Assembly (NCBI GenBank): GCA_049599475.1
Contig: JBMYOQ010000040.1
Coordinates: forward strand, 1 to 36,583
Reading direction: 5' to 3'
From: Opitutales bacterium
GTDB taxonomy: Bacteria; Verrucomicrobiota; Verrucomicrobiia; Opitutales; JABSRG01
Length of the DNA stretch: 36,583 nt
Both the position numbers and the translations under genes were made by a program. Within the stretch, counting starts at the first letter, position 1. Each line of letters opens with the position of its first letter. The notes below the pieces were generated by a model. That model had not been told where the DNA came from. It searched no databases and saw nothing but the letters and a program-made list of their open reading frames with translations. Of this stretch, positions 1-10,670 are shown piece by piece.

Positions 1-51
1 TCAATCGCTTCAATTATTGTCTGGATGCGGGGGTAATTTGAAGACAGCCCC
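1..51 (-). mobile_element. Probable IS terminus (IS5-like TIR) at the window edge, interrupting the TpsA gene
   Basis: Minus strand reads ...cattA|GGGGCTGTCTTCAAATTACC, resembling the TA-flanked GGGGCTGT/GAGGCTGT termini of IS5-family elements. It coincides with an abrupt loss of the adhesin's repeat pattern. No transposase is visible. Confidence 0.5.
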
Positions 52-3000
52 TAATGTTTCCGAGCGAATTGACGGTATTGCTGCTATTCTCAAGCGTATA
101 GCTTCCACTTCCGATTGCGATAAAGCGATCCACCTGAATACCCCCAGTCTGAGTCACATCTGCATCGGCAGTCAGTGTAAAATCCCCAGAGCTCGCGATA
201 GCCGCAATCACGACCGATCCCGTCTCTGTAATACTGATATCTCCCGCCGCATTTAGGGAGTCTGCACCATTGCGACTCTGAGCTGCGATCGAGCCAAAGG
301 TATTCCCGGCATTGTCCAAGGTGATCGCAGCCCCCGAATCATCCAGAGTCTTAAAAGTCGCATTACCGCTCACAGCGATGGCGCCCGTGTTTGTAATAGC
401 TCCCGAAGATACGACGTCCAGCGAGTTCGCCGTAAACGACCCAATAGCCAAACCACCTATATCGTTGAGTTCCACAACTCCAGTATTCGCAAGCAAGGTG
501 CCGACATTGTTGCTACTATTATCCAAGGTGTAGGTCGCGCCAGATCCGTTTAATTCTAGGACTGTTGCCAACACAGTTTGCGACTGAGAAACGGTCCCCG
601 TCGTGCCAAGAGTCAGGTTACTGCCTGTGAGTGAAATACCCACTACAGCATCACCATTTACCGAAAGGCTGCCTATTTGAAAATCGTCCTGGTCGACCCA
701 TGACACACTTCCGCCTTCCGCAGCCAGTACAGATATATCGTTCGCGGTATTCTCTAAAGATTTGGACCCCGCCCCCATAAGTTGCAATCCGTTTGCTGTG
801 ATCGCGGCTGCCTGAGTCACAGTACCTCCGGTATCGATACTTAGGCTGTTTACGCCCAGGTCCAACGCCCCATCAATATCTATATCCCCAGACAAGGACT
901 GGATCAAGACATCGTCTGTAAACGTAATATCCTCCACATCGATGGCTCCGGTACCATCTGTCCTCCCAAGCACAATCGCGGTAGCCCCATCCTGAACTAG
1001 CCCCAACTCCGTCGAATCGACATTGAACACCCCGGTCGATGTATCTCCGATTCCAATACTCGATGCAGTGTTTCCTGGCCTGAAATACACTGCACCTGAA
1101 GTTTCAATGCTCAGGTTCGAAGTCATCACAATACTATCCGCGGCACCATTGGTAGCGGCCTCTAGAGTGAGGTCCCCGGTCATTGCAGACCCACCGAGCG
1201 TAGTCGCCGAAGAAGGATCTAAGAAAATCCCTGCACTCGCACCATTACTCGTCCCTGAGATAGAAATCGATCCACTGCCAGTCGATCGAACTGTAGCCGT
1301 ATCCTTGATGTAAACACCATATCCATTTGCACCCGTTCCCCCAGTACCGGTTATTGTTATATCTCCATTTTCTACCGAAAATATCTCGGTTTCAGACAAG
1401 AGCACACCGTAATCGTCGTCAGTTCCAGCTTGCGACGCTGTACCTATGATCGTGAGCGATGAATCTCCAGTCAGCACTATGTCCGCCGAGAGTTCAACGC
1501 CATGAGCCGTAGTTGAGCCACTTCCAGAACTACTACCAATCCCGGTAAGGGCCACATCTCCCCCTGCGCTCGTGATACCACCGGTATCGTCGAGGCGAAT
1601 TCCGGCGTCATCTGTCGAGGTTGCTTCGCCGTAGATAGTGATATCTCCCGTAGTCGTCTGCAATGTGAAACCGTTAGCCAGACGGACACCATGATTAGTC
1701 CGCCCCTGCCCGCGTATCGTAATATTACCCACGCCCGTAATTATGTCGGCTCGTCGCAAACGCACACCAGAATTGTCGGAATCGCCCGTACCTGAAGCAT
1801 ATCCTATCGTTCTCAAATCATCCAAGGTTGAGTAGTTGCCTCCAGACAGAATGACTTCGCCTCCATTTGTGCTGAACCCAGCATCATTGGAAAGCTGAAT
1901 ACCGCCGAGCCCCGAGCCATCACTATCTGCCTGAAATACGATGCTTATCGAATCATCATTCCCCGAGCTATCCTCAATGGTATTATCTGAGGTCATCAAG
2001 ATATCAGCAGTGGACTTGAGCCATAGTGTATTCCCGGTGCCTGTCCCGTTAATATCCGAACTCGAGCTTATTGTAAAATCACCGGCAGAGCTAAATGTAC
2101 CGTCTGCCGACAGAGCAACGCCCGTAGTCGTCGTACCATTTACGGTAATCGCATTGATCGCGAGGTCGTCGCTATCGTCGTAGATAATACTGCCGCCGCT
2201 CCCGGCGATATTATCCACATCATTGGATGCATGTTGAAGCGTTTTGCTACCGCTCCCCAATAGAACGAGGCCCGTCGCAACGATACTTTCAGTCTGCGTC
2301 AGTGCTCCTGCAATATTCAGGCTCAAATCCTGTGATGCATCCAGGCCGATGCCAGCGATGGCGGTGCCGTCAACGCTAACGGACCCGATCACTAAATCAT
2401 CAGAATCGACGAAGGAAAACTCGCCCCCAGATGCCGCGAGAGTATCGACATCGTTGCCAGCATTTTCTAAAGTCTTGGTGCCACTGCCAGAAAGTTGTAA
2501 ACCACCCGCGGTGATCGAAGCACTTTGCGTAGTCGTGCCGATTGCACTGATCGCCAAATTCGCCGAACCGACACTGAACGCTCCGTCGAAATCAATATCT
2601 CCGCTTCCATTTTGGATTTTAACATCATCAGCAAAGGTGTGGCTTTCTACATCGATCGCGGCACTACCATCAGTCCGGCCAAAGATGATAACCGAAACAG
2701 CCGAGTTCACCGTATCGAGCTCTCCAGCATCCAAGTTTAAGACCCCTGTGGCTCCGTCCCCGAGTCCCATTGTATCGGAGGCCGAGTTGGAGGCGAAAGT
2801 GACAGAGCCCGTGGTCTGAATAACGAGATCTGAATCCAGTAATATCGAATCGCTTCCGCTAGTAGTCTCAGCAGATATTGAAATATCGCCACTCATGCCC
2901 GAACCGCCCAGCGTCAGAGTCGTCGAAGTATCTGTGAACACTCCATAAGTATCTGAGCCCGATCCAACTATCGAGATGCCTCCGGTGCCTGTCGATTCAA

Positions 3001-5239
3001 CGACGGCATCACTCGATAGAGCAAAACCATAACTACTCGCACCCGTGCCTCCGGTGGCCGTTATTGTGAGGTCTCCGTTTTCGACCGAAACGACTGTACC
3101 GCTGTCCTCAACCACAACGCCATAATTTGCGGAGTCCAACGACCGTTGACTTCCGGTTCCGGTAATTGTCAGGGTTGAGTCCCCTGTAAGACTAATGTCC
3201 GCACCACCTGAAATTTCCACACCATGAGCGAACTTATCACCTGTGCTCGACGAGGAATCGCCGACACCCGTAATTGACACATCGCCGCCATCGCTCGTGA
3301 TCGTCGCCTTATCAATAATAATACCTGTATCGTTCGAAGGCGGCACTTCTCCATAGAGCGTTATATTCCCAGTCGTAGTTAATAGTGAAGCTGTATTTCT
3401 AAGTTGGATACCTTCATTATAGCTTCCTTCAGCCCGCATCGTTATATTACCCATTCCCGTATTTAAATCAGCATTATCGATACGGATTCCACGACCGAAG
3501 GACTCTAAGGAGCCACCGGTGAGCCCGGTCGTTCTCAAATCATTCAAAGTCGCTCCATTCCCCCCCGAAAAAATAATTTCACCGCCGTTGGTCGTGATCG
3601 ATGACCCAGTCTGCAACCAAATTGCCCCATCTCCAGAATCATCTAAATCGGATTGAAAAACGACATTCAACGAATCGTCCGAACCCGATCCATCGAAAAT
3701 TCCAACTCCGCTCGACATCTCTATGTTTTCAATAGCCCTGAGCCAAAGCGTGTCTCCGGTTCCGATGCCATTGTAATCGATATCCGTGTCGATCGTTATC
3801 TTTCCATCCTGCGAGCCGGCACCCCCGGTCTCCACCGTGACCGTGACGCCCGAGCCTGAGGTAAGCGCCGCCAGCAGCGTGTCGACATCGATTTCTGCAT
3901 CATCGGTATTGGGATTATCAAAGGGATCACTCGTATCATCGAATTCGTCGACTCCGTTATCCGTGATAACAATGTTGTAGGGGTCGATCAGCCATTCTCC
4001 GCCCTGTCCAGAATCTGAACCAACATCCGGAATGTTTTGACCCAGATCAAACCAGCCAGCACTCGTCTCGATAAAGCCACCTGAGGCCGCCTCAATCCCT
4101 CGGGCCGAAAGATCTCCATACATCCGCAAGGTGTCATTTCCCCACACAATAATTGTGCCGGCTGCGTTTTCAGCACCAGAGCTATCCGCTGAGATGCGTG
4201 CTCCGGCCTCTACGTAAGTCTGGTCGGCGTGAACAACAGAGCTATCCTGCCCTCGACGACTCCCGCCAATCCGCACGCGTCCTCCATCGGCATGATCCCC
4301 ATCTGCAGCTATTTCCGACCCTGCATATATGCCGATCCTCGAGCCGCTTGCGAAAATGTCTCCTCCAGCCCAATCCACATTCTGAGCGGAGACTGTGCCC
4401 GAAATTTCGACTGTGCCACTATCTGCCACCAACCATACCTCGCCCGCGATCTCTTCGGTGCCTGTAGCACGCACGACCCCACCCTGATTAATCGCCAAAG
4501 CAAACGGATTGCTGTGGGAGGCCAGAATCTCAGATCGAGCGGCTTCTATCCGGCCTGTGTTTTCGATCGAAGCGCGGTCGCTCGGCATCGAAATGTAAAT
4601 GGGCCGATCCGCTTGCGGTTTCAGTAGCACCTGTGTTCCCGCGGCCAAGTTTACCGAGCCATCCGTGGCGAATAAGATGCCCTCGTTCCTGATCACTTCA
4701 GCGATCAGCGTAACATCGCCGGAAAGTGCCTCGATCCGCCCCAAATTGACGATTTCCCCCTGGACTGAACCTGTCGCGCGGAAGCTCAGATCATCGCCGT
4801 CGAGGAAGTCACTGTTTTCCAAATCCAACGTAGACGCCGTGAAACTCCCCACGTCGATGCGTGCAGTTTCGCCCACGATAATGCCATTCGGATTGATCAG
4901 GTAAACGTTCCCGTTGGCCTGCAGCTGACCCTGAATCTGCGAGAGGTTACCCGACACCACACGATTGAGCGCCGAAGCCCCCGAACTCGGTTGGACAAAG
5001 CGTGTAAGCTCCCCATCCGCGATCGAAAAATCCTGCCAGTCGATAATCAGCTGTCCGCTATTCTGCCGAATCGCGAGATCCGAGCCATTCTCATCAAACA
5101 CAGCACTCCCATACACCACCTCAGGTCCACTCGGATTCGCCCAAACGAGCGAGTGGTTGGTGGAGAATATGAGCGCGAAAGCGGCGCTTAGGGCCACGCC
5201 TCTCTCGCGAAATTCTCGATGGGGTATTTTCAAGCCCAT
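14..5239 (-). CDS. Filamentous haemagglutinin N-terminal (TPS) domain exoprotein / large beta-helical adhesin (TpsA-like), probably 3'-truncated
   Basis: Signal peptide ending VWA-NP; TPS-domain motifs IIDWQDFSI, ALNRV, GQLQANGNVYLINPNGIIVG; GGFIETS and GGEWLIDP motifs; long G/S/T/D-rich repeats. The ATG at 5239 is preferred over the ORF-track start at 5350. Confidence 0.9.
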   Translation of the reverse strand: MGLKIPHREFRERGVALSAAFALIFSTNHSLVWANPSGPEVVYGSAVFDENGSDLAIRQNSGQLIIDWQDFSIADGELTRFVQPSSGASALNRVVSGNLSQIQGQLQANGNVYLINPNGIIVGETARIDVGSFTASTLDLENSDFLDGDDLSFRATGSVQGEIVNLGRIEALSGDVTLIAEVIRNEGILFATDGSVNLAAGTQVLLKPQADRPIYISMPSDRASIENTGRIEAARSEILASHSNPFALAINQGGVVRATGTEEIAGEVWLVADSGTVEISGTVSAQNVDWAGGDIFASGSRIGIYAGSEIAADGDHADGGRVRIGGSRRGQDSSVVHADQTYVEAGARISADSSGAENAAGTIIVWGNDTLRMYGDLSARGIEAASGGFIETSAGWFDLGQNIPDVGSDSGQGGEWLIDPYNIVITDNGVDEFDDTSDPFDNPNTDDAEIDVDTLLAALTSGSGVTVTVETGGAGSQDGKITIDTDIDYNGIGTGDTLWLRAIENIEMSSGVGIFDGSGSDDSLNVVFQSDLDDSGDGAIWLQTGSSITTNGGEIIFSGGNGATLNDLRTTGLTGGSLESFGRGIRIDNADLNTGMGNITMRAEGSYNEGIQLRNTASLLTTTGNITLYGEVPPSNDTGIIIDKATITSDGGDVSITGVGDSSSSTGDKFAHGVEISGGADISLTGDSTLTITGTGSQRSLDSANYGVVVEDSGTVVSVENGDLTITATGGTGASSYGFALSSDAVVESTGTGGISIVGSGSDTYGVFTDTSTTLTLGGSGMSGDISISAETTSGSDSILLDSDLVIQTTGSVTFASNSASDTMGLGDGATGVLNLDAGELDTVNSAVSVIIFGRTDGSAAIDVESHTFADDVKIQNGSGDIDFDGAFSVGSANLAISAIGTTTQSASITAGGLQLSGSGTKTLENAGNDVDTLAASGGEFSFVDSDDLVIGSVSVDGTAIAGIGLDASQDLSLNIAGALTQTESIVATGLVLLGSGSKTLQHASNDVDNIAGSGGSIIYDDSDDLAINAITVNGTTTTGVALSADGTFSSAGDFTISSSSDINGTGTGNTLWLKSTADILMTSDNTIEDSSGNDDSISIVFQADSDGSGLGGIQLSNDAGFSTNGGEVILSGGNYSTLDDLRTIGYASGTGDSDNSGVRLRRADIITGVGNITIRGQGRTNHGVRLANGFTLQTTTGDITIYGEATSTDDAGIRLDDTGGITSAGGDVALTGIGSSSGSGSTTAHGVELSADIVLTGDSSLTIIGTASQAGTDDDYGVLLSETEIFSVENGDITITGTGGTGANGYGVYIKDTATVRSTGSGSISISGTSNGASAGIFLDPSSATTLGGSAMTGDLTLEAATNGAADSIVMTSNLSIETSGAVYFRPGNTASSIGIGDTSTGVFNVDSTELGLVQDGATAIVLGRTDGTGAIDVEDITFTDDVLIQSLSGDIDIDGALDLGVNSLSIDTGGTVTQAAAITANGLQLMGAGSKSLENTANDISVLAAEGGSVSWVDQDDFQIGSLSVNGDAVVGISLTGSNLTLGTTGTVSQSQTVLATVLELNGSGATYTLDNSSNNVGTLLANTGVVELNDIGGLAIGSFTANSLDVVSSGAITNTGAIAVSGNATFKTLDDSGAAITLDNAGNTFGSIAAQSRNGADSLNAAGDISITETGSVVIAAIASSGDFTLTADADVTQTGGIQVDRFIAIGSGSYTLENSSNTVNSLGNIRGCLQITPASRQ
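350..3790 (-). repeat. Intragenic tandem duplication of a ~570-aa unit in the adhesin (boundaries approximate)
   Basis: TLWL (Trp codons 3743 and 2021) and TNGGE (3578 and 1856) recur 1722 bp apart; GRTDG (2666 and 953) recurs 1713 bp apart. Confidence 0.85.
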
Positions 5240-5373
5240 GGCTGGACCCCAAAAGTCGCCCAAACAGGCGACAGATTGAGGGGAACTTCGCACAGTAGGC
5301 CCTTGAATTCCATAGAATAATCCGTTTAGAAAAGGCACACCACCACCCAACTCAAACGTTCCTGCTCCCTCTT

Positions 5374-6297
5374 ATGTTCAAGCACCGAATCCTCCTCCCC
5401 CTTGTACTATCATTATGCTCATGGATGTCACTCAATGCCTTTGAGACGCGCATACACGCCTCCCTCGATGACCATCACTTGAGATCTCTGTGGACCATCG
5501 CAGATTGGCCCGTAGGCCTGATCGGCTACAATATAGCCATAGCTGCGCACCAGGAAAACTCAGATTTCGATTGGAAGATCGTCAATCAGGAGCCAATCAC
5601 CCTCTCCAACCAAGCGGACCGGAACTGGGCAGATGTGACTCCTGATCCGGAGGAGCAGGCTAAGCTCAAAGAAGACTTCGCGACCATAAACTCTCGAATA
5701 CAACAGTACCTCAAGGTCGAAGATTGGGCAACCGCCGCTAAAGAAGACACCACCGGAAAGATCATTCGCTGGATGAATCAGACCGCTCAGACGCGGCCCA
5801 AGATCGCCATGCAAATCGGACTGGGAATGAAAATTAAAGCCCAGACAGTTCCAGAAAATGCCGTGGTAGGCCTGATCCCCGTATATGAGAATTCGCAGAA
5901 AGATTCAGAGCCTATCTCAATCGCCCACGTGCGGCAGCCATCTGAAATCGCTGAGACCGAAATCGATGTCTCTAGTCAATTCAAGACTGCCGGTAGAGGC
6001 CTAGAACTCATCGTGACCGTTTCGAAAGAAATCGTCGCTACAACAGGCTTATCTCGTTTCCGCTATCACTTTTTAGAAGAGGGAGAGGACTCAGACAACA
6101 TAGTCGGCCAAGGATTAATACGCTTCTTGGAATTAAGTGCCGATGGCCAGGCATACGAATCCAAATACTTAGAATTCCAAAAGGACCGCACCCAAAAGCT
6201 AAAGGTAGTATTGATTCCTCTGACCGCATTCCTCGACGAATTTAAAGAAATCGTCATTCAGTATGATCCCGAAGTAGACCTCTTACCCAATCCCTAA
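5374..6297 (+). CDS. Hypothetical secreted protein
   Basis: 307-aa ORF with a Sec-type signal (MFKHRILLPLVLSLCSWMSLNA-F); no family recognised. Confidence 0.75.
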   Translation: MFKHRILLPLVLSLCSWMSLNAFETRIHASLDDHHLRSLWTIADWPVGLIGYNIAIAAHQENSDFDWKIVNQEPITLSNQADRNWADVTPDPEEQAKLKEDFATINSRIQQYLKVEDWATAAKEDTTGKIIRWMNQTAQTRPKIAMQIGLGMKIKAQTVPENAVVGLIPVYENSQKDSEPISIAHVRQPSEIAETEIDVSSQFKTAGRGLELIVTVSKEIVATTGLSRFRYHFLEEGEDSDNIVGQGLIRFLELSADGQAYESKYLEFQKDRTQKLKVVLIPLTAFLDEFKEIVIQYDPEVDLLPNP

Positions 6298-6389
6298 GGA
6301 CTTGTTCTCGGGTCAGCCTGTATCACGGGGACCTGCCAGTCCGAGAGATTGAACTCTGTCACATTTCGCAGCCTCTACCTCCCAGGAAG

Positions 6390-6454
6390 GGTCAAAATTA
6401 TCCAGCCTTAGGACAGGTACGTCTATTTCGGCTTCCGCAGTTTTAAGTTACAAT
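6390..6454 (+). promoter_or_regulatory. Putative AraC-type operator (two half-sites, 21-bp period) and -10 box upstream of the sugar operon
   Basis: GGTCAAAATTATCCA (6390-6404) and GGACAGGTACGTCTA (6411-6425) lie 21 bp apart; TACAAT at 6449-6454; a similar site occurs on the reverse strand at 9458-9472. Confidence 0.4.
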
Positions 6455-6487
6455 AAGGGTCCTTTCGAATCTTCGATTACGACTCTT

Positions 6488-7540
6488 ATGACTTTGAATC
6501 TTCACGCAAAACCTTCCCCTCAAAATAGACGCATGGACTTGGAAATTCCTAGAATTGTGTTTGGATCCAGCGCTTTGGGGAATCTGTATGAAGTCGTCGA
6601 GGATGATCAGAAACTAGCGATTGTCACCAATTGGATTCGGCATCAAAAATATCCGATTATCGACTCCGCTGGCAAATATGGAGCCGGCCTTTCGCTAGAG
6701 AAGATAGGCTCTTGCCTCAAAGCCCTCAATATCCATCCCCAGGATGTTACAATTAGCAATAAGCTAGGCTGGAAACGCATCCCGTTGACCGCAGCAGAGC
6801 CCACGTTCGAACCCGGCGCATGGAAGGGCATCCAACACGACGCCGAACTCTGCCTCGGGTATGACGGTATTTTAGAGTGCTTTCACCAAGGCAACGAGCT
6901 GCTCGGGGACTATCACGCGGAGCTATTATCTGTTCACGACCCCGATGAATACCTCGCGGAGGCCAAAACTCTGGTAGAGCAAGAGGCCCGATACAAAGAA
7001 ATTTTAGAAAGCTATCGTGCGCTCGCTGAGCTCCGGGATGCCGGAAGGGCCAAAGGTTTAGGAGTCGGATCGAAGGATTGGACCATCATTAAGCGCCTCG
7101 TTGACGACGGTGTCCCCCTCGACTGGGTCATGTTCGCTAATTCCTTCACCCTCTACACGCATTCTGAAGAGATCATCGAATTTATATCCCAATTGTATCA
7201 GTCTGGCATTACAGTCATCAACTCATCTGTGTTCAATGCAGGCTTTCTCATCGGGGGAAAATGGTTTGACTATCGCGAGGTAGATCGAGAATCCGAGCCC
7301 CTACTCTTTGAATGGCGGGATCGTTTTCTTAATATCTGTAAGACTCACCAAGTAAGCCCGGCACTCGCCTGTTGTGAATTTGCCCTATCAGCTCCCGGGG
7401 TTACTAGTTTAGCGCTCAACACGGCGCGCCCGCATCGCGTTGAGGATAACGTATCCCTGGTCAACGAGCAGGCTCCCGCAGCCTTCTGGGCATCCATCAA
7501 GGCCGAAGGCATACTCGATCAGGCCTATCCATACCTATAG
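6488..7540 (+). CDS. Aldo/keto reductase, D-threo-aldose 1-dehydrogenase type (L-galactose/L-fucose dehydrogenase-like)
   Basis: [23 protein letters not shown] (AKR DxAxxY), [32 protein letters not shown]. An alternative start ATG lies at 6533. Confidence 0.88.
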   Translation: MTLNLHAKPSPQNRRMDLEIPRIVFGSSALGNLYEVVEDDQKLAIVTNWIRHQKYPIIDSAGKYGAGLSLEKIGSCLKALNIHPQDVTISNKLGWKRIPLTAAEPTFEPGAWKGIQHDAELCLGYDGILECFHQGNELLGDYHAELLSVHDPDEYLAEAKTLVEQEARYKEILESYRALAELRDAGRAKGLGVGSKDWTIIKRLVDDGVPLDWVMFANSFTLYTHSEEIIEFISQLYQSGITVINSSVFNAGFLIGGKWFDYREVDRESEPLLFEWRDRFLNICKTHQVSPALACCEFALSAPGVTSLALNTARPHRVEDNVSLVNEQAPAAFWASIKAEGILDQAYPYL

Positions 7541-7543
7541 GCC

Positions 7544-8368
7544 GTGAAAATCGACGCCCACAACCACTTCTGGCGCTACAATGCCGAGGAGTATGATTGG
7601 ATTGACGACGAAATGTCGGCAATCCGCCGAGATTTCCTGCCTGCCGATTTGCAGGAAGAATTGAGAGGCTCAGGCATTCAAGGAACTGTAAGCGTGCAAG
7701 CACGGATGAACCTGGAAGAAACGGAATGGCTCCTAGAGCTCTCCCAAAACAACAAGTTCATCAAAGGTATCGTTGGTTGGCTGCCGATTGCCGACACGTC
7801 CTTTCCAGATTACTTGGATCGATACGCATCGAATACAAAGCTCAAAGGCATTCGCCACGTAGTTCAAGGCCAGCCAAAGGGGTTTTTAGGTAACCCCGCC
7901 TTCAATCAAGGAATTCGCAAACTAACCGACCGAGACCTTGTATACGATATCCTTATATTTGAAAACCAACTACAGGAAACCATTCAGTTTGTCGACCGGC
8001 ACCCCAATCAACGTTTTGTCCTCGATCACATCGCAAAGCCTCGGATAAGGGACAATGCAATCTCCCCTTGGGACAAAAACATCCAAGAACTCGCAGCCCG
8101 CGAAAACGTAAGCTGCAAGCTGTCTGGCATGGTAACAGAAGCGGACTATCACAGCTGGAATGAGGACCAACTACACCCTTATATCGACATCTGCCTGGAA
8201 GCCTTCGGGGCCAATCGTCTGATGTTCGGCTCAGATTGGCCCGTATGCCTAGTCGCCACACCCTACCCCAAATGGGTGAACCTGATTGAAACCTACATTT
8301 CCCCGCTCACCCAGAAGGAGCAATCCCGTATCATGGGCGGAACCGCCATCGAAGTATACAAGCAATAA
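7544..8368 (+). CDS. Amidohydrolase_2 family sugar lactonase (L-fucono/L-galactono-1,5-lactonase-like)
   Basis: [45 protein letters not shown] start 3 bp after the AKR stop. Confidence 0.9.
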   Translation: MKIDAHNHFWRYNAEEYDWIDDEMSAIRRDFLPADLQEELRGSGIQGTVSVQARMNLEETEWLLELSQNNKFIKGIVGWLPIADTSFPDYLDRYASNTKLKGIRHVVQGQPKGFLGNPAFNQGIRKLTDRDLVYDILIFENQLQETIQFVDRHPNQRFVLDHIAKPRIRDNAISPWDKNIQELAARENVSCKLSGMVTEADYHSWNEDQLHPYIDICLEAFGANRLMFGSDWPVCLVATPYPKWVNLIETYISPLTQKEQSRIMGGTAIEVYKQ

Positions 8369-8392
8369 ATCGTATCCACTCTTCCATACACC

Positions 8393-9412
8393 ATGAAAGC
8401 ACTTTCAATTACCGAACCCGGAACCTGTGAACTCCTTGAGATCGAATCTCCCGAAAACCCCGGCTATGGAGAAGTCCAACTGAGCGTGCAATATGTCGGC
8501 TACTGTGGTTCGGACCTCACATCTTTTCGCGGACTCAACCCGATGGTCAGTTACCCACGCATACCCGGGCACGAAATCGGTGCAATTATCGAATCGATCG
8601 GTGCTGGTGTCCCGGAGAAGTGGTTTGTCGGGCAGAGCGTCTTGGTATCCCCCTACTCGCATTGTGGGAAATGCAGCGCTTGCAAAGCACGCCGCTACAA
8701 TGCGTGCAAACATAACCAAACAATGGGTGTGCAACGAGACGGCGCAATGGCCGAGCGAATCAATGTGCCCCACGAAAAACTCTTCAGCTCCGAAAAGCTA
8801 AGCCTTCAGGAATTGGCACTCGTGGAGCCTCTCACCGTCGGCTTTCACGCCGTCGCCCGCGGAGAAGTCTCGAGCGACGATACGGTGGCCGTTTTCGGGT
8901 GCGGCGCGATCGGACTAGGTGCGATCGCAGGAGCATCCGCTCGAAACGCCCGGGTCATTGCGATCGATATAGACGATCAGAAGCTTGAGCTTGCAAAACG
9001 CTGCGGAGCTACCGACACCATAAACACCGCGCACCATGATCTCCACACACGGCTCCAAGCACTCACTCAGGACGAAGGCCCGAATGTGATGATCGAGGCC
9101 GTAGGCTTACCCCAGACTTTTAGAGCGTGTATTGAAGAGGTATGTTTTGCAGGTCGCGTAGTATATATTGGATACGCAAAAGCAGAAGTCGCCTACGAGA
9201 CAAAATATTTCGTAATGAAAGAATTGGACATTCGAGGATCGCGCAACGCCCTCCCCGAGGACTTCGAAGCAGTTATCGCACACCTCGAACAAGGAAAGTT
9301 TCCATGCGATGATGTAATATCGCAATCAGTCGACCTCATACAAGGCCCCGCCGCTTTAGACTCATGGAGCAAAGACCCTAGCAAAGTATCCAAGATACAC
9401 ATTAAGTTTTAA
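8393..9412 (+). CDS. Zn-dependent medium-chain dehydrogenase (L-galactonate 5-dehydrogenase/YjjN-like)
   Basis: GYCGSDL, PGHE, CGKCSAC..C structural Zn site, [17 protein letters not shown] Rossmann motif, [11 protein letters not shown]. Confidence 0.88.
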   Translation: MKALSITEPGTCELLEIESPENPGYGEVQLSVQYVGYCGSDLTSFRGLNPMVSYPRIPGHEIGAIIESIGAGVPEKWFVGQSVLVSPYSHCGKCSACKARRYNACKHNQTMGVQRDGAMAERINVPHEKLFSSEKLSLQELALVEPLTVGFHAVARGEVSSDDTVAVFGCGAIGLGAIAGASARNARVIAIDIDDQKLELAKRCGATDTINTAHHDLHTRLQALTQDEGPNVMIEAVGLPQTFRACIEEVCFAGRVVYIGYAKAEVAYETKYFVMKELDIRGSRNALPEDFEAVIAHLEQGKFPCDDVISQSVDLIQGPAALDSWSKDPSKVSKIHIKF

Positions 9413-9575
9413 GACAAAAAGCGGTCCATCAACGCAAGGACTTGAGAGATCAAAAGCTAGACATTCTTGACCTATATTTGCCTATAGAATAATCAGCCAT
9501 ATGACTGGTTCAAAAAATCGCACCACAAATGAGAAACAAGCCTCATTAACGCCCAGTCACTGAGAAAAATTCTCT

Positions 9576-10448
9576 ATGCAAAAACCCGAATTCATTTCAA
9601 AGCAGGTAGAAGATTCTGAATATATCTTCATTCCAGAGCCATCAGCGCCTTCCGATGGTTACTCAGTGGTTTGTGCCGGAAAAGAAACCTGCACTAAAGA
9701 CTTTCTGATTGATCGAAAGGGGTTCGAATACGTTGCCATAGAACTGATCACATCCGGAAAATTCGAATTGGTCGTCGAAGGAGAGAAATTTGACCTATAT
9801 CCCGGTAGCATCTTTGCATATAATTCAAGCACACATTTTACTTTAAAAGCCATAGGTAACATCTCTCACCGCAAATATTTTATCGATTTTTCAGGAAGAA
9901 ATGCGTCTCACGTGTTGGAAATGAGCGGATTATGCGATAACGCTCCGAAAGTAGTTTCTAGGATCTCCGGTTTGCGGGATGTCTTCAATTTAATTATCGC
10001 GTGCAATACCTACCCTGCAGATCTAGCGCAGAGACTATGCAACAGTCTATCAGATGTATTACTCCTGAAGATACGTGAAGACGCCCGCTCCTCTAAATCC
10101 GTCCAGCATGTAAGCTTTGAGACTTATCTCCGCTGCCACGAATACATCAACCTTCATTTCCGCACAATAAAGAGCGCAGAAGAAGTCGCGAGTGCGTGCA
10201 ATTTGAGCGCTGCTTACATGACACGCCTCTTTAAAAAACACAGCCGAGATGCACCGCACGCCACGATCACTAAGTTAAAGATTGAGCACGCAGCTAGCGA
10301 GATCCTAGCCACGACGATTCCAATTAAACAAGCAGCCAGCCGCGTAGGCTACGATGACCCCTATCATTTCACCCGTGTATTCAAGAGTCATTACGGAATA
10401 CCCCCTCAGCAATTCATCAAACGCTTCGGCAGAAATCTGAGCAGATAA
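9576..10448 (+). CDS. AraC-family transcriptional regulator
   Basis: N-terminal cupin-like sensor; C-terminal double HTH (EEVASACNLSAAYMTRLFKK...VGYDDPYHFTRVFKSHYGIPPQQF). Confidence 0.93.
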   Translation: MQKPEFISKQVEDSEYIFIPEPSAPSDGYSVVCAGKETCTKDFLIDRKGFEYVAIELITSGKFELVVEGEKFDLYPGSIFAYNSSTHFTLKAIGNISHRKYFIDFSGRNASHVLEMSGLCDNAPKVVSRISGLRDVFNLIIACNTYPADLAQRLCNSLSDVLLLKIREDARSSKSVQHVSFETYLRCHEYINLHFRTIKSAEEVASACNLSAAYMTRLFKKHSRDAPHATITKLKIEHAASEILATTIPIKQAASRVGYDDPYHFTRVFKSHYGIPPQQFIKRFGRNLSR

Positions 10449-10582
10449 ATAGCTTATTAATTGAGTCAAGCCAAACAAAACAGCCTTCTAACCAATCGAG
10501 GCTGTGCTATTCCTCAATAGCTTTCGCAAATACTGGAGGGACATTGTTTTCAGAATAGATTAGGATTAATATCATGACAAAA

Positions 10583-10670
10583 AGGTAGGGCTGCGTGTCC
10601 TCACAGAGCCGCAGTATTTAAGCAAATCCCGATCAGCGGAGGCGGCTGCCTCGGAGATGCAGCCCAACCT
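10583..10670. repeat. GTAG-type REP doublet (REPIN-like inverted pair)
   Basis: AGGTAGGGCTGCGTGTCCTCACAGAGCCGC is paired with inverted GCGGCTGCCTCGGAGATGCAGCCCAACCT. Confidence 0.7.

Noticed and set aside
5240..5350. ORF-track N-terminal extension of the adhesin
   Set aside because: It starts at TTG, leaves only 23 bp before the divergent gene and precedes a good signal peptide starting at 5239.
6325..6340. GGGGACCTGCC resembling the 3' end of a cobalamin riboswitch
   Set aside because: The upstream core motifs are absent, and that space is occupied by the preceding CDS.
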